A stretch of DNA of 64,000 bases from an uncultured Rikenellaceae bacterium (lineage in GTDB: Bacteria; Bacteroidota; Bacteroidia; Bacteroidales; VadinHA17), in assembly GCA_964577305.1 (NCBI GenBank), contig CAZNYS010000007.1, positions 12,562 to 76,561 of the forward strand. Reading direction: 5' to 3'. Made by a program: the position numbers and the translations under genes. The notes below the pieces were generated by a model, which saw only the letters and a program-made list of their open reading frames with translations, had not been told where the DNA came from and did no database searches. Position 1 is the first letter of the stretch; each line of letters begins with the position of its first letter. This document shows positions 45,242 to 55,248 of this stretch, piece by piece.

Positions 45242-45973
45242 TTATTTTTCTATAAATTGATCCAGATAACTCACATTACAGATCACCCCCAGATTACCTT
45301 CTGCTCCCGAGACAATACCTACAAGGAAACCGTTTGCATCTATCACCGGTGACCCGCTACGGCCTGCAGGATCAACATCCTCAGTAAGTGTATTAACATA
45401 ATAATAAGGCCCTGCATTCCTGAACATCTGCATCTTCACCAGTGATGGAGATCCCTCTTTTTGTTTATATGGCCAGCCAAGGTGGTATATTATTTCATCT
45501 TTCTGTACAGGTTTTGTCCTTATCCTGAGTGGTGTAAATCCCGAAGGAATATCATCAACCTCAAAGAGCAGCCAGTCACGAACTTTAAGAGTATTGAACC
45601 GGTCCACCATTTCATCACTGTTCTTATTTATCATTTCTTCAAAGATCATATATTTAGCTTCATTCCCTTTTGGATAGGCTTTCCATTCAATGAAATTATC
45701 TCCCAGGTCTATGGTAAGCAATTCCTCATGCGTAAAAACAAGAAATATATGTTTACATGTAACGCCAAGGGTATCATGCCCTGTATCCACCAGGAAGGAA
45801 TTTGCGATGCCGGTATAGGTGGTGTCTTTAAATTCAATATTATTTGTAAAAACCAGTTCAGGCCACTCAGATACCTGTTTGTCAGCCCATTCCTCTTTTT
45901 TAACCTCCTCAGTAGTGTTATTGCATGCGTTTAGAGCAAAAATTAATAATAAAGTGTGGACCAGGCTTTTCAT
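45242..45973 (-). CDS. trypsin-like (S1/chymotrypsin fold) serine peptidase lipoprotein
   Basis: LLIFALNACNN lipobox. GVTCKHIF (His candidate) and GRSGSPVIDANGFLVGIVSG (GxSGSPV nucleophile motif). Confidence 0.7.
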   Translation of the reverse strand: MKSLVHTLLLIFALNACNNTTEEVKKEEWADKQVSEWPELVFTNNIEFKDTTYTGIANSFLVDTGHDTLGVTCKHIFLVFTHEELLTIDLGDNFIEWKAYPKGNEAKYMIFEEMINKNSDEMVDRFNTLKVRDWLLFEVDDIPSGFTPLRIRTKPVQKDEIIYHLGWPYKQKEGSPSLVKMQMFRNAGPYYYVNTLTEDVDPAGRSGSPVIDANGFLVGIVSGAEGNLGVICNVSYLDQFIEK

Positions 45974-46085
45974 TTATAATTATTGTTTGAGTCTGTTATG
46001 AACATTAAATATATCATAATAAAAAGGCATTTCAAATGGAGGGACGCCCAATTCAGGGTTTTTATAAACCTATAGAACCACCTCT

Positions 46086-46153
46086 CCTTAGCCTCAGCCT
46101 TCTCTGTCCGACGAAGCTCGGCTCGGTTCACCCGCCTTCGCCCCGAGGACTCC
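46086..46153. repeat. modules B2 + C2
   Basis: B2 is 46086..46121, ccttagcctcagccttctctgtccgacgaagctcgg, the reverse complement of B1 (31/36). C2 is 46129..46153, identical to C1. Confidence 0.8.
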
Positions 46154-46217
46154 GAAAAGTCAATAATTAATTATTCGACTCCGCTGGAGTCGTTTTACTT
46201 GTGTCATACCTCCCGGC

Positions 46218-46335
46218 TACAATTATGTGACCCCTATGGGGGTCAAGAAAAACAAGAGACTATTATCTGTCTGGTAATTTATTATCTAACAGCTAAATAC
46301 AAAGCCATTGACGCCGTAGGTGTCATATAATTGTA
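46218..46335. repeat. inverted pair of hairpin-plus-tataattgta units
   Basis: Left unit tacaattatg-tgacccc-tatg-ggggtca (46218..46245). Right unit tgacgcc-gta-ggtgtca-tataattgta (46309..46335). They are inverted relative to each other around a 63-nt AT-rich spacer. Confidence 0.6.
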
Positions 46336-46531
46336 TAAAAAATAATCACTCCAAAATAATATCTCCCGAGCTGTGCAAGTATCCCGAATACGGGATGCGA
46401 GTGCAGTAAGGGAGATAATTTCCCTTTTCGGAGTAGACTCATTAATCCAGTATTCCAATCATCCATAATATTCATGATTTCTGATCAAGACAGGGATGAT
46501 AAAATCATTTTGTTTTAGCCACTAATATAAC

Positions 46532-46539
46532 TATTTTTG
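46532..46539 (+). promoter_or_regulatory. -7 box TAnnTTTG upstream of the dCMP deaminase gene
   Basis: tatttttg, 33 nt upstream of the ATG at 46572. Confidence 0.45.
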
Positions 46540-46571
46540 AAGGCCGTGTTTTAGACCTGACACATAATAAT

Positions 46572-47042
46572 ATGGGTGATAAAAAGACGCTTAGGCCTTA
46601 CGGTGACAAGCAAAAACAATTTGATAAGCGCTACCTGCAGATGGCAGGTATCTGGGCTGAAAATTCATACTGCGAAAGAAGAAGGGTTGGAGCCCTTATT
46701 GTAAAGGGGAAAATGATAATCTCCGATGGCTATAATGGTACTCCCGCAGGTTTTGAAAATATATGTGAAGATGAAGAAGGGAACACAAAGCCTTATGTAT
46801 TGCATGCCGAGGCCAACGCCATAACCAAGGTGGCCAAATCAAATAATTCAAGTGATAATTCCACACTATATGTTACTACCTCTCCATGTATGGAATGCGC
46901 CAAGCTTATCATACAGTCGGGTATACGAAGAGTTGTTTTCAGCGAAAAATACAGGATGTCTGACGGCCTTGATCTTTTAAAAAGAGCTGGAATTGAACTA
47001 ATTTACGTTGACCTTGAAAAAGATGAATATGAAATACAATAA
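46572..47042 (+). CDS. deoxycytidylate (dCMP) deaminase family protein
   Basis: VGALIVKG...GYNGTPAG...HAEANAI and TSPCMECAKLIIQSGI are the zinc-binding H-A-E / PC-x-x-C motifs. Confidence 0.88.
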   Translation: MGDKKTLRPYGDKQKQFDKRYLQMAGIWAENSYCERRRVGALIVKGKMIISDGYNGTPAGFENICEDEEGNTKPYVLHAEANAITKVAKSNNSSDNSTLYVTTSPCMECAKLIIQSGIRRVVFSEKYRMSDGLDLLKRAGIELIYVDLEKDEYEIQ

Positions 47043-48633
47043 CAGTCCCAGGAACAGTATTTTACCTCTTATAATAGCGGTTTCGGTTATTGCCGGTGTA
47101 CTTATAGGAATAAAAATGCCCGGACGTACATCTCATCCTCCCCTGTCGGTTAACCCAAGAACAGACAAAATAAGCAGGATATTAAATTATATTGAGGCAA
47201 ATTATGTTGATTCTGTCGATCGCGATAAACTTGTTGAATCGGTCATTCCCGTAATGCTACATGAACTTGATCCTCATTCGGTATATATACCGGCGCGGGA
47301 ACTTACAGCTGCCAACGAACAGCTGCAGGGTAATTTTGAAGGTATAGGCATTTCTTTCAATATGCTCACAGATACCGTGCTGATAATAAGCACCGTCCCC
47401 GGGGGACCTTCCGAAAAAGTCGGTGTAATGGCGGGTGATAAGATCATTTATGTCGGCGATTCATTGATTGCAGGGCAGGGTATTGTTGATGAAGATATTA
47501 TGGGAATGCTCAAGGGGCCTCGTGGTACCGAGGTCAATATTAAAGTTCTCAGGAAGGGTGTTGAGGACCTGATACCATTTACCATAATAAGGGATAAAAT
47601 CCCTATTTATTCAATTGATGTAGCCTATATGGTTAATGACAATATAGGCTTTATCAAGGTAAACAGGTTCTCAATGACCACCTATGATGAGTTTATTGAA
47701 GCCATAAATGAGCTAAAGGCCAAAGGTATGAAGAAGCTGATACTTGACCTGAGGGGAAATGTTGGTGGTGTTATGGATCCCTCAATAAAGATATCAGATG
47801 AATTCCTGCCCGGCGGGAAGCTAATAGTATATACAGAGGGTCGTGCCAGGAAAAGGGAAGAATACCTTTCGACAGAAAATGGGTCATTCCTTGAGGGTGA
47901 ACTGGTGATACTTATAGATGAATGGAGTGCATCGGCCAGTGAAATAGTCGCCGGGGCCATGCAGGATAACGACCGTGGAACTATCATAGGCCGTCGCTCA
48001 TTCGGCAAAGGACTGGTACAGGAACCGATAATGTTCAATGACAGGTCGGCAATGCGACTTACGGTAGCCAGGTATTATACGCCTACAGGCCGTTCTATCC
48101 AGACACCATATGAGAATGGTTATGAAGATTATGTAGCTGATCTGAATGAAAGGTTCATGAGGCTTGAACATCAGAACGCTGACAGCATTCAGTTTGATAA
48201 CATACAGAAGTTTGAAACACCCGGAGGAAAGATAGTCTATGGTGGCGGTGGAATCATGCCCGATGTGTTTGTACCAGCTGACACCTCAGGTTTTTCAATG
48301 TACTTCGCAAGAGTCAGGAACAGTGGACTTATATACAGGTATTCGCTCAGCTACACAGAAGATAACAGGGAGAAACTCCTGGAATTTCAAACGGTAGATG
48401 AGATTAACAGTTTCCTTGAAAAGCAGTCGGTGCTCGATAAATTTATACTGTATGCAAAAGAAAACGGGGTGAATCCTGATTGGAAAGACCTTGAAGAATC
48501 AGGCGAGATAATCGAGATTCAGCTCAAGGCATATATTGCAAGGAACATTCTAGACAACAAAGGCTTTTATCCAATCTGGCAGGAGCTGGACACCACATTG
48601 AAGAAAGCAATTGAGTATCTGGAAGAGAATTAG
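47023..48633 (+). CDS. S41 family C-terminal processing peptidase
   Basis: N-terminal TM anchor. PDZ FEGIGISF...GGPSEKVGVMAGDKII. LILDLRGNVGG. Catalytic Ser region DEWSASASEIVAGA and GRRSFGKGLVQ. The start is set at ATG 47023 and overlaps the upstream gene by 20 nt. Confidence 0.88.
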   Translation: MNMKYNNSPRNSILPLIIAVSVIAGVLIGIKMPGRTSHPPLSVNPRTDKISRILNYIEANYVDSVDRDKLVESVIPVMLHELDPHSVYIPARELTAANEQLQGNFEGIGISFNMLTDTVLIISTVPGGPSEKVGVMAGDKIIYVGDSLIAGQGIVDEDIMGMLKGPRGTEVNIKVLRKGVEDLIPFTIIRDKIPIYSIDVAYMVNDNIGFIKVNRFSMTTYDEFIEAINELKAKGMKKLILDLRGNVGGVMDPSIKISDEFLPGGKLIVYTEGRARKREEYLSTENGSFLEGELVILIDEWSASASEIVAGAMQDNDRGTIIGRRSFGKGLVQEPIMFNDRSAMRLTVARYYTPTGRSIQTPYENGYEDYVADLNERFMRLEHQNADSIQFDNIQKFETPGGKIVYGGGGIMPDVFVPADTSGFSMYFARVRNSGLIYRYSLSYTEDNREKLLEFQTVDEINSFLEKQSVLDKFILYAKENGVNPDWKDLEESGEIIEIQLKAYIARNILDNKGFYPIWQELDTTLKKAIEYLEEN

Positions 48634-48657
48634 GCTCCACCTTCGCTGGTGTGCGGC
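48632..48657. repeat. module A, partial copy A3
   Basis: aggctccaccttcgctggtgtgcgg versus aggctcccgccttcgctggcgcggg at 37563. It starts directly at the stop codon of the S41 gene. Confidence 0.5.
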
Positions 48658-48723
48658 TGTGTAGAGACGCCAGTGGCCTGTCGTCTCTACAGCCATTTGT
48701 CGTTCGTCTTTTGTCCTTCGTCT
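48656..48723 (+). terminator. hairpin plus T/G-rich tract between the convergent S41 peptidase and fucosidase genes (module E-like)
   Basis: gctgtgtagagacg / cgtctctacagc (48656..48669 / 48682..48693, 12 bp with one bulge) followed by catttgtcgttcgtcttttgtccttcgtc. The architecture matches 35148..35196. Confidence 0.45.
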
Positions 48724-50069
48724 TAATCAATGCTGCCCTTTATATCAACAATAATAACCGGGCTATATTCATCCGGTGCCTCCTCCGGCAGCTCAATAAT
48801 GATCTTATCATCCTGGCGTTCAAAACGGATCTCCACCATCCCATCCATGATAAATGCATTTTTAATCTTATTATCAAAAGCCGGCAGGGAAAGCTTATTA
48901 TCTTCAGGCCAGTTAAAGACATGCAGGTACAGCCTTGTATTTTTACCCTCCTGTTTTCTGGTACACCTGCCCCATCCAAGATCACTGAACGGGCTTGCCG
49001 ATGTTCCATATATTGATTCAGCGTAAATATCCATCCAGTCACCTATTGCTTTCAGCCTTTCGATACTTTCCTGCGGAAAGGTACCATCAGCTTTTGGTCC
49101 AACATTAAGAAGGAAATTACCACCCTTGGACGCTATATCAACAAGCTTTTGCACAAGGTCTTTTGACGATTTCCAGTTATTATCATATTTATTATAACCC
49201 CAGTGATTATTCATCGTCATGCACGTCTCCCAGTCGATTCCGGGTAATCCTGTGTCCGGGATTTCCTGTTCAGGAGTACCAAAATCACCTTTGAATTCAC
49301 CTTCTTTTGTCATTCCCTGCATGCCCTGGCGTCCTTTATCAACCCTGTTATTTATTATTATATCTTCCTGTAATCCACGTACATAATTATACAGATCAAC
49401 ACCTCTCTCATGTGTCCATGTGTTTTCCCATTCACCATCAAACCATAACACTCCTATGCTGCCATAGTTACCTGTCAGTTCAGCCAGCTGATTCTTCAGA
49501 TATTCCTCAACATACCTGTCAAAATCAGCTCCCTCTGTTGACCTGTCCTTCTCCCAGTCACGACGGGGAAGATAATCAGGATGATGCCAGTCCATAATCG
49601 AATGATACCAGCACATAACAATATCCTGTTCGGAACAGGCATCTGAAAGTTCTTTCAGGATATCTCTCTTAAAAGGAGTTGACATTACATCGAAATCCGT
49701 GTATTCAGAGTCAAAGAGGCAAAATCCATCATGATGCTTTGAAGTAATAACAATATATTTCATACCTGCATCCTTTGCTATTCTTACCCATTCATCAGCA
49801 TCAAATTCAACGGGGTCGAACTGTTCAACAAATTCATCATAGGTTTCAAGCGGGATCTGAGCCGTCGTTCTTATCCATTCAGCATGATTGGTCGTTCCCT
49901 CCCATTCACCTGCGGGCACAGCATACAATCCCCAGTGTATGAACATTCCGAAGCGTGCATCACGCCACCAGTCCATCCTGTCATCCTCGCTTTTTTCATT
50001 ACTATCATTAACACAACCAGGTGATAATACTAATAAGAAAACAAGGATTGCTGTAAGAGTTTTTTTCAT
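48723..50069 (-). CDS. alpha-L-fucosidase (GH29), exported
   Basis: MDWWRDARFGMFIHWGLYAVPAGEW...AKDAGMKYIVITSKHHDGFCLFDS...VLWFDGEW. Signal/lipobox LVLSPGC. Confidence 0.9.
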   Translation of the reverse strand: MKKTLTAILVFLLVLSPGCVNDSNEKSEDDRMDWWRDARFGMFIHWGLYAVPAGEWEGTTNHAEWIRTTAQIPLETYDEFVEQFDPVEFDADEWVRIAKDAGMKYIVITSKHHDGFCLFDSEYTDFDVMSTPFKRDILKELSDACSEQDIVMCWYHSIMDWHHPDYLPRRDWEKDRSTEGADFDRYVEEYLKNQLAELTGNYGSIGVLWFDGEWENTWTHERGVDLYNYVRGLQEDIIINNRVDKGRQGMQGMTKEGEFKGDFGTPEQEIPDTGLPGIDWETCMTMNNHWGYNKYDNNWKSSKDLVQKLVDIASKGGNFLLNVGPKADGTFPQESIERLKAIGDWMDIYAESIYGTSASPFSDLGWGRCTRKQEGKNTRLYLHVFNWPEDNKLSLPAFDNKIKNAFIMDGMVEIRFERQDDKIIIELPEEAPDEYSPVIIVDIKGSID

Positions 50070-50089
50070 AATTCTCGGGTTTTAGATAT

Positions 50090-50890
50090 TTATTTCAACT
50101 GTTTGTAATAGAATTTAATTATAGCTTTCTGTGATTTCTCCTTTTCTTCAATAAAGCCCAGGTGCCCTGATTTCTCGAGAACAAGTATTTCCGCATTTTC
50201 CGGCAGTGTAATCCTGTCCTTAACCTCCCCAAAGGGGATATAGTTATCATGCATCCCAAAGATCATCAGGAGCGGTATATCTCCTTTTTTAAGTATATCT
50301 ATTCTTGAAGGCCTGCTTAACATTCCGTTAATCACAGCGATAATACCATCTTCAGGGATACCTGATGCTATCTCTTTATTACGGTCCAATTGTGCGCTAA
50401 ACTTTTCCGTATTAAAATCTGCAAACATCTTTGGGATATTTACCGGATAGATAATATCTTTTTTCCCTGATTTCACCACCCTGATCTCCCTTTTCCTGTT
50501 AACGATTATTTCATCAGTATCAGCAAATGGATGTGAATGGAAAAGGCAATATGCATGTAATCGTGACGGATACTTTTCAACAAAAGCCAGGACAGCATAT
50601 CCTCCCATTGAGTGCCCTGTAAGCATGACCTTTTCAATCCCTTCCTCATTCATAACGGCTATTACCACATCTGCCATAAATTCCATTGAGTGCTCATTCC
50701 CAAATACACCTGATTCACCATGTCCTGGCAAATCAATTGCTATCACCCTGAATTTTTCTGCCAGTCCCTGCATAAAATCATCCCATACCTCTGATGACTC
50801 GAGATATCCGTGCAGGAGAATTATTGCATCACCATCACCATTATCATAATATATTATTTTGCCCGCGTTAAAAACTATGCTTTTTTTCAC
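50090..50890 (-). CDS. alpha/beta hydrolase fold protein
   Basis: AIILLHGYLESS and the nucleophile elbow LTGHSMGGYAVLAF; C-terminal SGHLGFIEE. Confidence 0.8.
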   Translation of the reverse strand: MKKSIVFNAGKIIYYDNGDGDAIILLHGYLESSEVWDDFMQGLAEKFRVIAIDLPGHGESGVFGNEHSMEFMADVVIAVMNEEGIEKVMLTGHSMGGYAVLAFVEKYPSRLHAYCLFHSHPFADTDEIIVNRKREIRVVKSGKKDIIYPVNIPKMFADFNTEKFSAQLDRNKEIASGIPEDGIIAVINGMLSRPSRIDILKKGDIPLLMIFGMHDNYIPFGEVKDRITLPENAEILVLEKSGHLGFIEEKEKSQKAIIKFYYKQLK

Positions 50891-50958
50891 ACCCGGTATA
50901 TTAAAAAAAACATTTTGAATAACATCATTTTTAATTAGTGAGCTAAAAATAATTAAAA

Positions 50959-50966
50959 TATATTTG
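50959..50966 (+). promoter_or_regulatory. -7 box TAnnTTTG upstream of sdhC
   Basis: tatatttg, 43 nt upstream of the ATG at 51009. Confidence 0.45.
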
Positions 50967-51008
50967 TGAGTCGTGTACTAAAAATTAATCTCAAAACCTT
51001 CCTTTCAT

Positions 51009-51653
51009 ATGAATAAAGCAATCGCCTCATCCGTATCAAAGAAATTTGTTATGTCTCTGGCGGGATTGTTCCTTCTAACCTTCCTGCCTGTTCACCTGGG
51101 AATCAACTTTATGTTACTTAAGTCCGATCCTGAACCCTTCAATTCAGCGGCTCATTTCATGGCCACTTTTCCGCTTATCAAGGTAGTTGAAATAATTCTG
51201 ATTCTGGCATTGCTGATTCATATCTTCACCGGTATTGTGGTACAGATACAAAACTGGCTTTCAAGACCATTAAGGTATAAATCGGGTAATAAATCCCAGA
51301 CATCTTTCTTTTCCAGATTCATGATATGGACGGGTGGAACAATATTTATTTTCCTGATTATCCACTTCACAAATTTCTATTTCATAAAGCTTGGACTTAT
51401 TGAGGGTGATGCTGAAAATTTTTATTCTGTGGCTTACCAGTTATTTGCTATTCCGGGATATATTATTTTCTACTGGGTCTGTTTTGTTGTACTTGGCTTT
51501 CACCTGTACCATGCATTTACTTCAGCTTTCCAGACACTGGGTCTGAATCACAGGATATGGACACCCATAGTGAATTTTGTAGCAGTATTTTATGCTATAC
51601 TTATTCCTGCCGGATTTGTATCTATACCTTTAATTATCTGGCTATTAAAATAA
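51009..51653 (+). CDS. sdhC: succinate dehydrogenase / fumarate reductase cytochrome b subunit (b558 type)
   Basis: 214 aa, 5 TM helices with conserved His residues ([30 protein letters not shown]). Sits directly upstream of the flavoprotein subunit. Confidence 0.85.
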   Translation: MNKAIASSVSKKFVMSLAGLFLLTFLPVHLGINFMLLKSDPEPFNSAAHFMATFPLIKVVEIILILALLIHIFTGIVVQIQNWLSRPLRYKSGNKSQTSFFSRFMIWTGGTIFIFLIIHFTNFYFIKLGLIEGDAENFYSVAYQLFAIPGYIIFYWVCFVVLGFHLYHAFTSAFQTLGLNHRIWTPIVNFVAVFYAILIPAGFVSIPLIIWLLK

Positions 51654-51679
51654 TCAGGCAAAACCGAAAAAAAATCAAA

Positions 51680-53599
51680 ATGGCAAAATTGGATTCAAAA
51701 ATACCTGACGGTCCATTATCAGAAAAATGGACAAAACATCAATCATCAATTAAACTGGTTAATCCTGCCAACAAGAAAAAGCTTGACATCATTGTTGTTG
51801 GCGCCGGGGCAGCTGGTGCATCAGCTGCAGCATCCCTGGCCGAATTAGGATATAACGTCAAGGTATTTGTCTTTCAGGACTCTTCCCGCAGGGCACATTC
51901 AATTGCTTCGCAGGGCGGAATCAATGCAACCAAAAATTACAAGAATGATTCTGACAGTGATTTCCGGTTATTTTATGATATGATCAAGGGAGGCGATTTC
52001 CGGGCACGGGAAGCAAATGTATACCGCGCTGCAGAAGTAAGTAATAAAATAATCGATCAGTACGTCGCACAGGGAGTGCCCTTTGCAAGAGAATACAGTG
52101 GATACCTGTCCAACCGTTCCTTTGGCGGGGTGCAGGTCTCCAGGACTTTCTATGCCCAGGGACAGACCGGTCAGCAATGTACACTGGCAGCTTACCAGGC
52201 CCTTGGCCGGCAGATTAAAGAAGGGAAAGCAAAAATGTTCGCACGCCGCGATATGCTCGACCTTGTTGTGATTGATGGTAAAGCAAGAGGGATAATTACA
52301 AGAAACTTAATAAACGGTGAGATTGAGAGACACTCAGCACATGCTGTTGTCCTTGCTACAGGAGGCTTCGGAACGGTATACTATCTTTCTACCCTTGCTA
52401 TTAACTCAAATGGAAGTGCTGCACTGGCTGCATTCAAAAAGGGAGCTTTCATGGCCAACCCGAGTATGGCCCAGATACATCCCACGTGTATTCCTGTTCT
52501 TAATGATTACCAGTCGAAACTTACTCTTATGTCAGAATCGCTCAGGAACGACGGAAGGGTTTGGGTACCCAAAGAAAAAGGGGATAAACGGTCTGCAAGT
52601 GAAATAAAAGAAGAAGAAAGGGATTATTACCTTGAACGTAAATACCCCGCTTTCGGAAACCTGGTTCCAAGGGACGTAGCCTCAAGAGCTGCCAAAGAAA
52701 GATGTGACGAAGGATATGGAGTTGGAGACACCGGATTGGCTGTATACCTCGATTTCAGGGACGCGATTAATAGCCAGGGCAAGGATACCATAAAAGCCAA
52801 GTACGGAACGCTCTTCGACTTATATAAGAAAGTCACAGGTATAAATCCATATGAGGAACCCATGCGGATTTATCCTGCTTCACATTATACAATGGGTGGA
52901 TTGTGGGTAAATTATAATCTTATGACCACCATCCCCGGCCTGTATGCCATAGGTGAAGCCAACTTCTCTGACCATGGAGCCAATCGCCTCGGAGCTAGCT
53001 CTCTTATGCAATGCTCGGGAGATGGATACTTCATCCTGCCTGTTACCATTGGTGATTATCTCGCAGATGAAATTAAGACTCCGCAGATACCAACCGATAC
53101 ACCCGAATTTGATGCAGCGGAGAAAGCGGTTAAAGAAAAACTGAATAAACTTATGTCAGTAAATGGTAATCAGAGCCCTACTTCTTTCCATAAACGGCTT
53201 GGACATATATTATGGACTTATTCAGGAATGAAAAGAAACGAGGAAGGATTGAAACAGGCCATTAAAGAAATAAAGGAGCTCAAGGATGCATTCTGGAAAG
53301 ATGTTAAGGTAGCCGGAGACCTAAATGATCTGAACCATGAACTGGAGAAAGCAGGCAGGGTAGCCGATTTCTTTGACCTGGCTTATTTGATTGTTTTAGA
53401 TGCCCTTAACCGTAAGGAATCATGCGGTGCACATTTCAGGGAAGAATATCAGACTGAAGAAGGAGAACCTAAGAGGGATGATGAAAACTATTCGTATGTT
53501 GCAGCCTGGGAATACACGGGGGAAACATCAGATCCCATGCTGCATAAGGAAGAACTGAAGTTTGAATTTGTCAAGCCCGTACAAAGAAGTTATAAATAG
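51680..53599 (+). CDS. sdhA: succinate dehydrogenase / fumarate reductase flavoprotein subunit
   Basis: [22 protein letters not shown] (FAD fold), [32 protein letters not shown]. The start is set at ATG 51680 (MAKLDSKIP). The longer ORF from 51557 overlaps sdhC. Confidence 0.93.
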   Translation: MAKLDSKIPDGPLSEKWTKHQSSIKLVNPANKKKLDIIVVGAGAAGASAAASLAELGYNVKVFVFQDSSRRAHSIASQGGINATKNYKNDSDSDFRLFYDMIKGGDFRAREANVYRAAEVSNKIIDQYVAQGVPFAREYSGYLSNRSFGGVQVSRTFYAQGQTGQQCTLAAYQALGRQIKEGKAKMFARRDMLDLVVIDGKARGIITRNLINGEIERHSAHAVVLATGGFGTVYYLSTLAINSNGSAALAAFKKGAFMANPSMAQIHPTCIPVLNDYQSKLTLMSESLRNDGRVWVPKEKGDKRSASEIKEEERDYYLERKYPAFGNLVPRDVASRAAKERCDEGYGVGDTGLAVYLDFRDAINSQGKDTIKAKYGTLFDLYKKVTGINPYEEPMRIYPASHYTMGGLWVNYNLMTTIPGLYAIGEANFSDHGANRLGASSLMQCSGDGYFILPVTIGDYLADEIKTPQIPTDTPEFDAAEKAVKEKLNKLMSVNGNQSPTSFHKRLGHILWTYSGMKRNEEGLKQAIKEIKELKDAFWKDVKVAGDLNDLNHELEKAGRVADFFDLAYLIVLDALNRKESCGAHFREEYQTEEGEPKRDDENYSYVAAWEYTGETSDPMLHKEELKFEFVKPVQRSYK

Positions 53600-53630
53600 G
53601 CATAATAATTAATACTCAAATCTGAACGAT

Positions 53631-54365
53631 ATGAATATAACACTTAAAATATGGCGTCAGAAAAATAAAAATGATAAGGGTAAATTTGTAATATATAAGC
53701 TTGATGAGGTCTCCTCGGAAATGACATTTCTTGAAATGTTGGACTACCTTAATGAGAAACTTTTACTCGAAGGAGAAGATGTAATTGCTTTTGACAGCGA
53801 TTGCCGTGAAGGTATTTGTGGTTCATGCGGATTATATATTAACGGCCGGCCGAATGGACCCGAAAAAGGGGTTACTACCTGCCAGTTAAGCATGAGTGCT
53901 TTTAAGGACGGGGATACTATAACTATTGAACCGTGGAGGTCAAGAGCTTTCCCGGTAATCAAAGACCTGGTGGTGGACCGGACTTCTTTTGATAAGCTCA
54001 TTGAAGCCGGCGGATATATCTCAGTTAATACAGGAGCTGCCCCTGAAGCAAACTCAATACCGGTAAGGAAACAGAATGCAGAAAGAGCCTTTGAAGCTGG
54101 GATTTGTATAGGCTGTGGAACATGCGTGGCCAGTTGTAAAAATGCTTCGGCTATGCTGTTTGTATCCGCAAAGGTTAGCCAGCTGGCACTCTTGCCACAG
54201 GGAAGGGTTGAAGCAAAAGAAAGAGTACGGGCACTGGTTGAGAAAATGGATGAACTGGGCTTTGGGAACTGCTCCAATACAGGATCATGCGAAGCTGAAT
54301 GCCCGAAGGAAATTAAGCTGGTAAATATTGCCAGACTGAACAGGGAATATTATAAAGCTTACTAG
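53631..54365 (+). CDS. sdhB: succinate dehydrogenase / fumarate reductase iron-sulfur subunit
   Basis: [10 protein letters not shown] (2Fe-2S), [11 protein letters not shown] and [12 protein letters not shown] (4Fe-4S / 3Fe-4S). Confidence 0.93.
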   Translation: MNITLKIWRQKNKNDKGKFVIYKLDEVSSEMTFLEMLDYLNEKLLLEGEDVIAFDSDCREGICGSCGLYINGRPNGPEKGVTTCQLSMSAFKDGDTITIEPWRSRAFPVIKDLVVDRTSFDKLIEAGGYISVNTGAAPEANSIPVRKQNAERAFEAGICIGCGTCVASCKNASAMLFVSAKVSQLALLPQGRVEAKERVRALVEKMDELGFGNCSNTGSCEAECPKEIKLVNIARLNREYYKAY

Positions 54366-54391
54366 GAGATAAGGCTTAGAGACTAATGGGC

Positions 54392-55117
54392 TCATGGACG
54401 TGAGGCCGTGAAGCTAAGCCTGCGGTATATAAGGATTATAGCTGATATAATCACAAGATTGCCGGCTGTAAATAGCCACCAGTTAAAGCTGCGGGGAACA
54501 TACCCCGATGCATAATCCAGAAGAGAGCTGTCCTGCGGCAGGTTCCATATATCAGATACTGAATACCGCTCAAGAATATATCCTGAGTAATCCCAGGTAA
54601 ATGATACTATGACAATCACAGCACCAAAAATCAAAATAAGCCACTCTGTGGTTTTCAGCTTTGTATCAACTTCCCTGCCTGAATAATATAAGATTATTGC
54701 AGCAAGGCTGATCATTATTATACATACTATCAAAGGACTGATTACCGGACCTGTCCATGTAACCGGTAGCAAAAAGAGAATATCCCACTCAAACAATGAA
54801 GCAGGCCAGCCTATCAGAAGCTTCAGGAAAATATAATAAAAGATATCCCATATGGCAAAACAGTAAACAAACCACGCAAAACCACCGGAGAATGTTTTAC
54901 CTGCAATTATTGCTATAGCTGCCAGCATTACAATTGTAGCTATCTCCCTGAATATTTCAGTTACAGCCAGTGACCCCGAAATTGTTGCCAGTGGAAAAGA
55001 GAATCCTTCAGGATACAGTATTTCCCTGAGATATACCACTACTGAACTCTCCAGAAAAGCCATGGCAATACTGAAAAGCGTTACCCAGATAAGCAAGTCT
55101 TTTAATCTCATATTCAA
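54392..55117 (-). CDS. polytopic membrane protein of unknown function
   Basis: 241 aa, about 7 TM helices. No motif recognised. Confidence 0.65.
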   Translation of the reverse strand: MNMRLKDLLIWVTLFSIAMAFLESSVVVYLREILYPEGFSFPLATISGSLAVTEIFREIATIVMLAAIAIIAGKTFSGGFAWFVYCFAIWDIFYYIFLKLLIGWPASLFEWDILFLLPVTWTGPVISPLIVCIIMISLAAIILYYSGREVDTKLKTTEWLILIFGAVIVIVSFTWDYSGYILERYSVSDIWNLPQDSSLLDYASGYVPRSFNWWLFTAGNLVIISAIILIYRRLSFTASRP

Positions 55118-55213
55118 AAATTACATTATTATCCGGTATTTCAAAATTTGTTAAAATATTTTAAATCCCCTCCTTTTGACAGAACAATTTTACCTACTGT
55201 TTCCACTATTTGA

Positions 55214-55221
55214 TATATTTG
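55214..55221 (+). promoter_or_regulatory. -7 box TAnnTTTG
   Basis: tatatttg, 28 nt upstream of the ATG at 55249. Confidence 0.45.
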
Positions 55222-55248
55222 ATATGAATTAATATATGAACAATTATT

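Noticed and set aside
48651-49042. ORFs 48651..49016 (+), 48730..49026 (+) and 48740..49042 (-)
   Set aside because: They overlap the GH29 fucosidase gene in wrong frames or the repeat cassette. The GH29 frame has strong family motifs.
51557-51679. 41-codon N-terminal extension of the sdhA ORF
   Set aside because: It overlaps the 3' end of sdhC in another frame. The canonical flavoprotein N-terminus begins at ATG 51680.
53744-54277. 177-aa minus-strand ORF
   Set aside because: It lies antisense to sdhB, whose Fe-S cysteine motifs identify the true frame.
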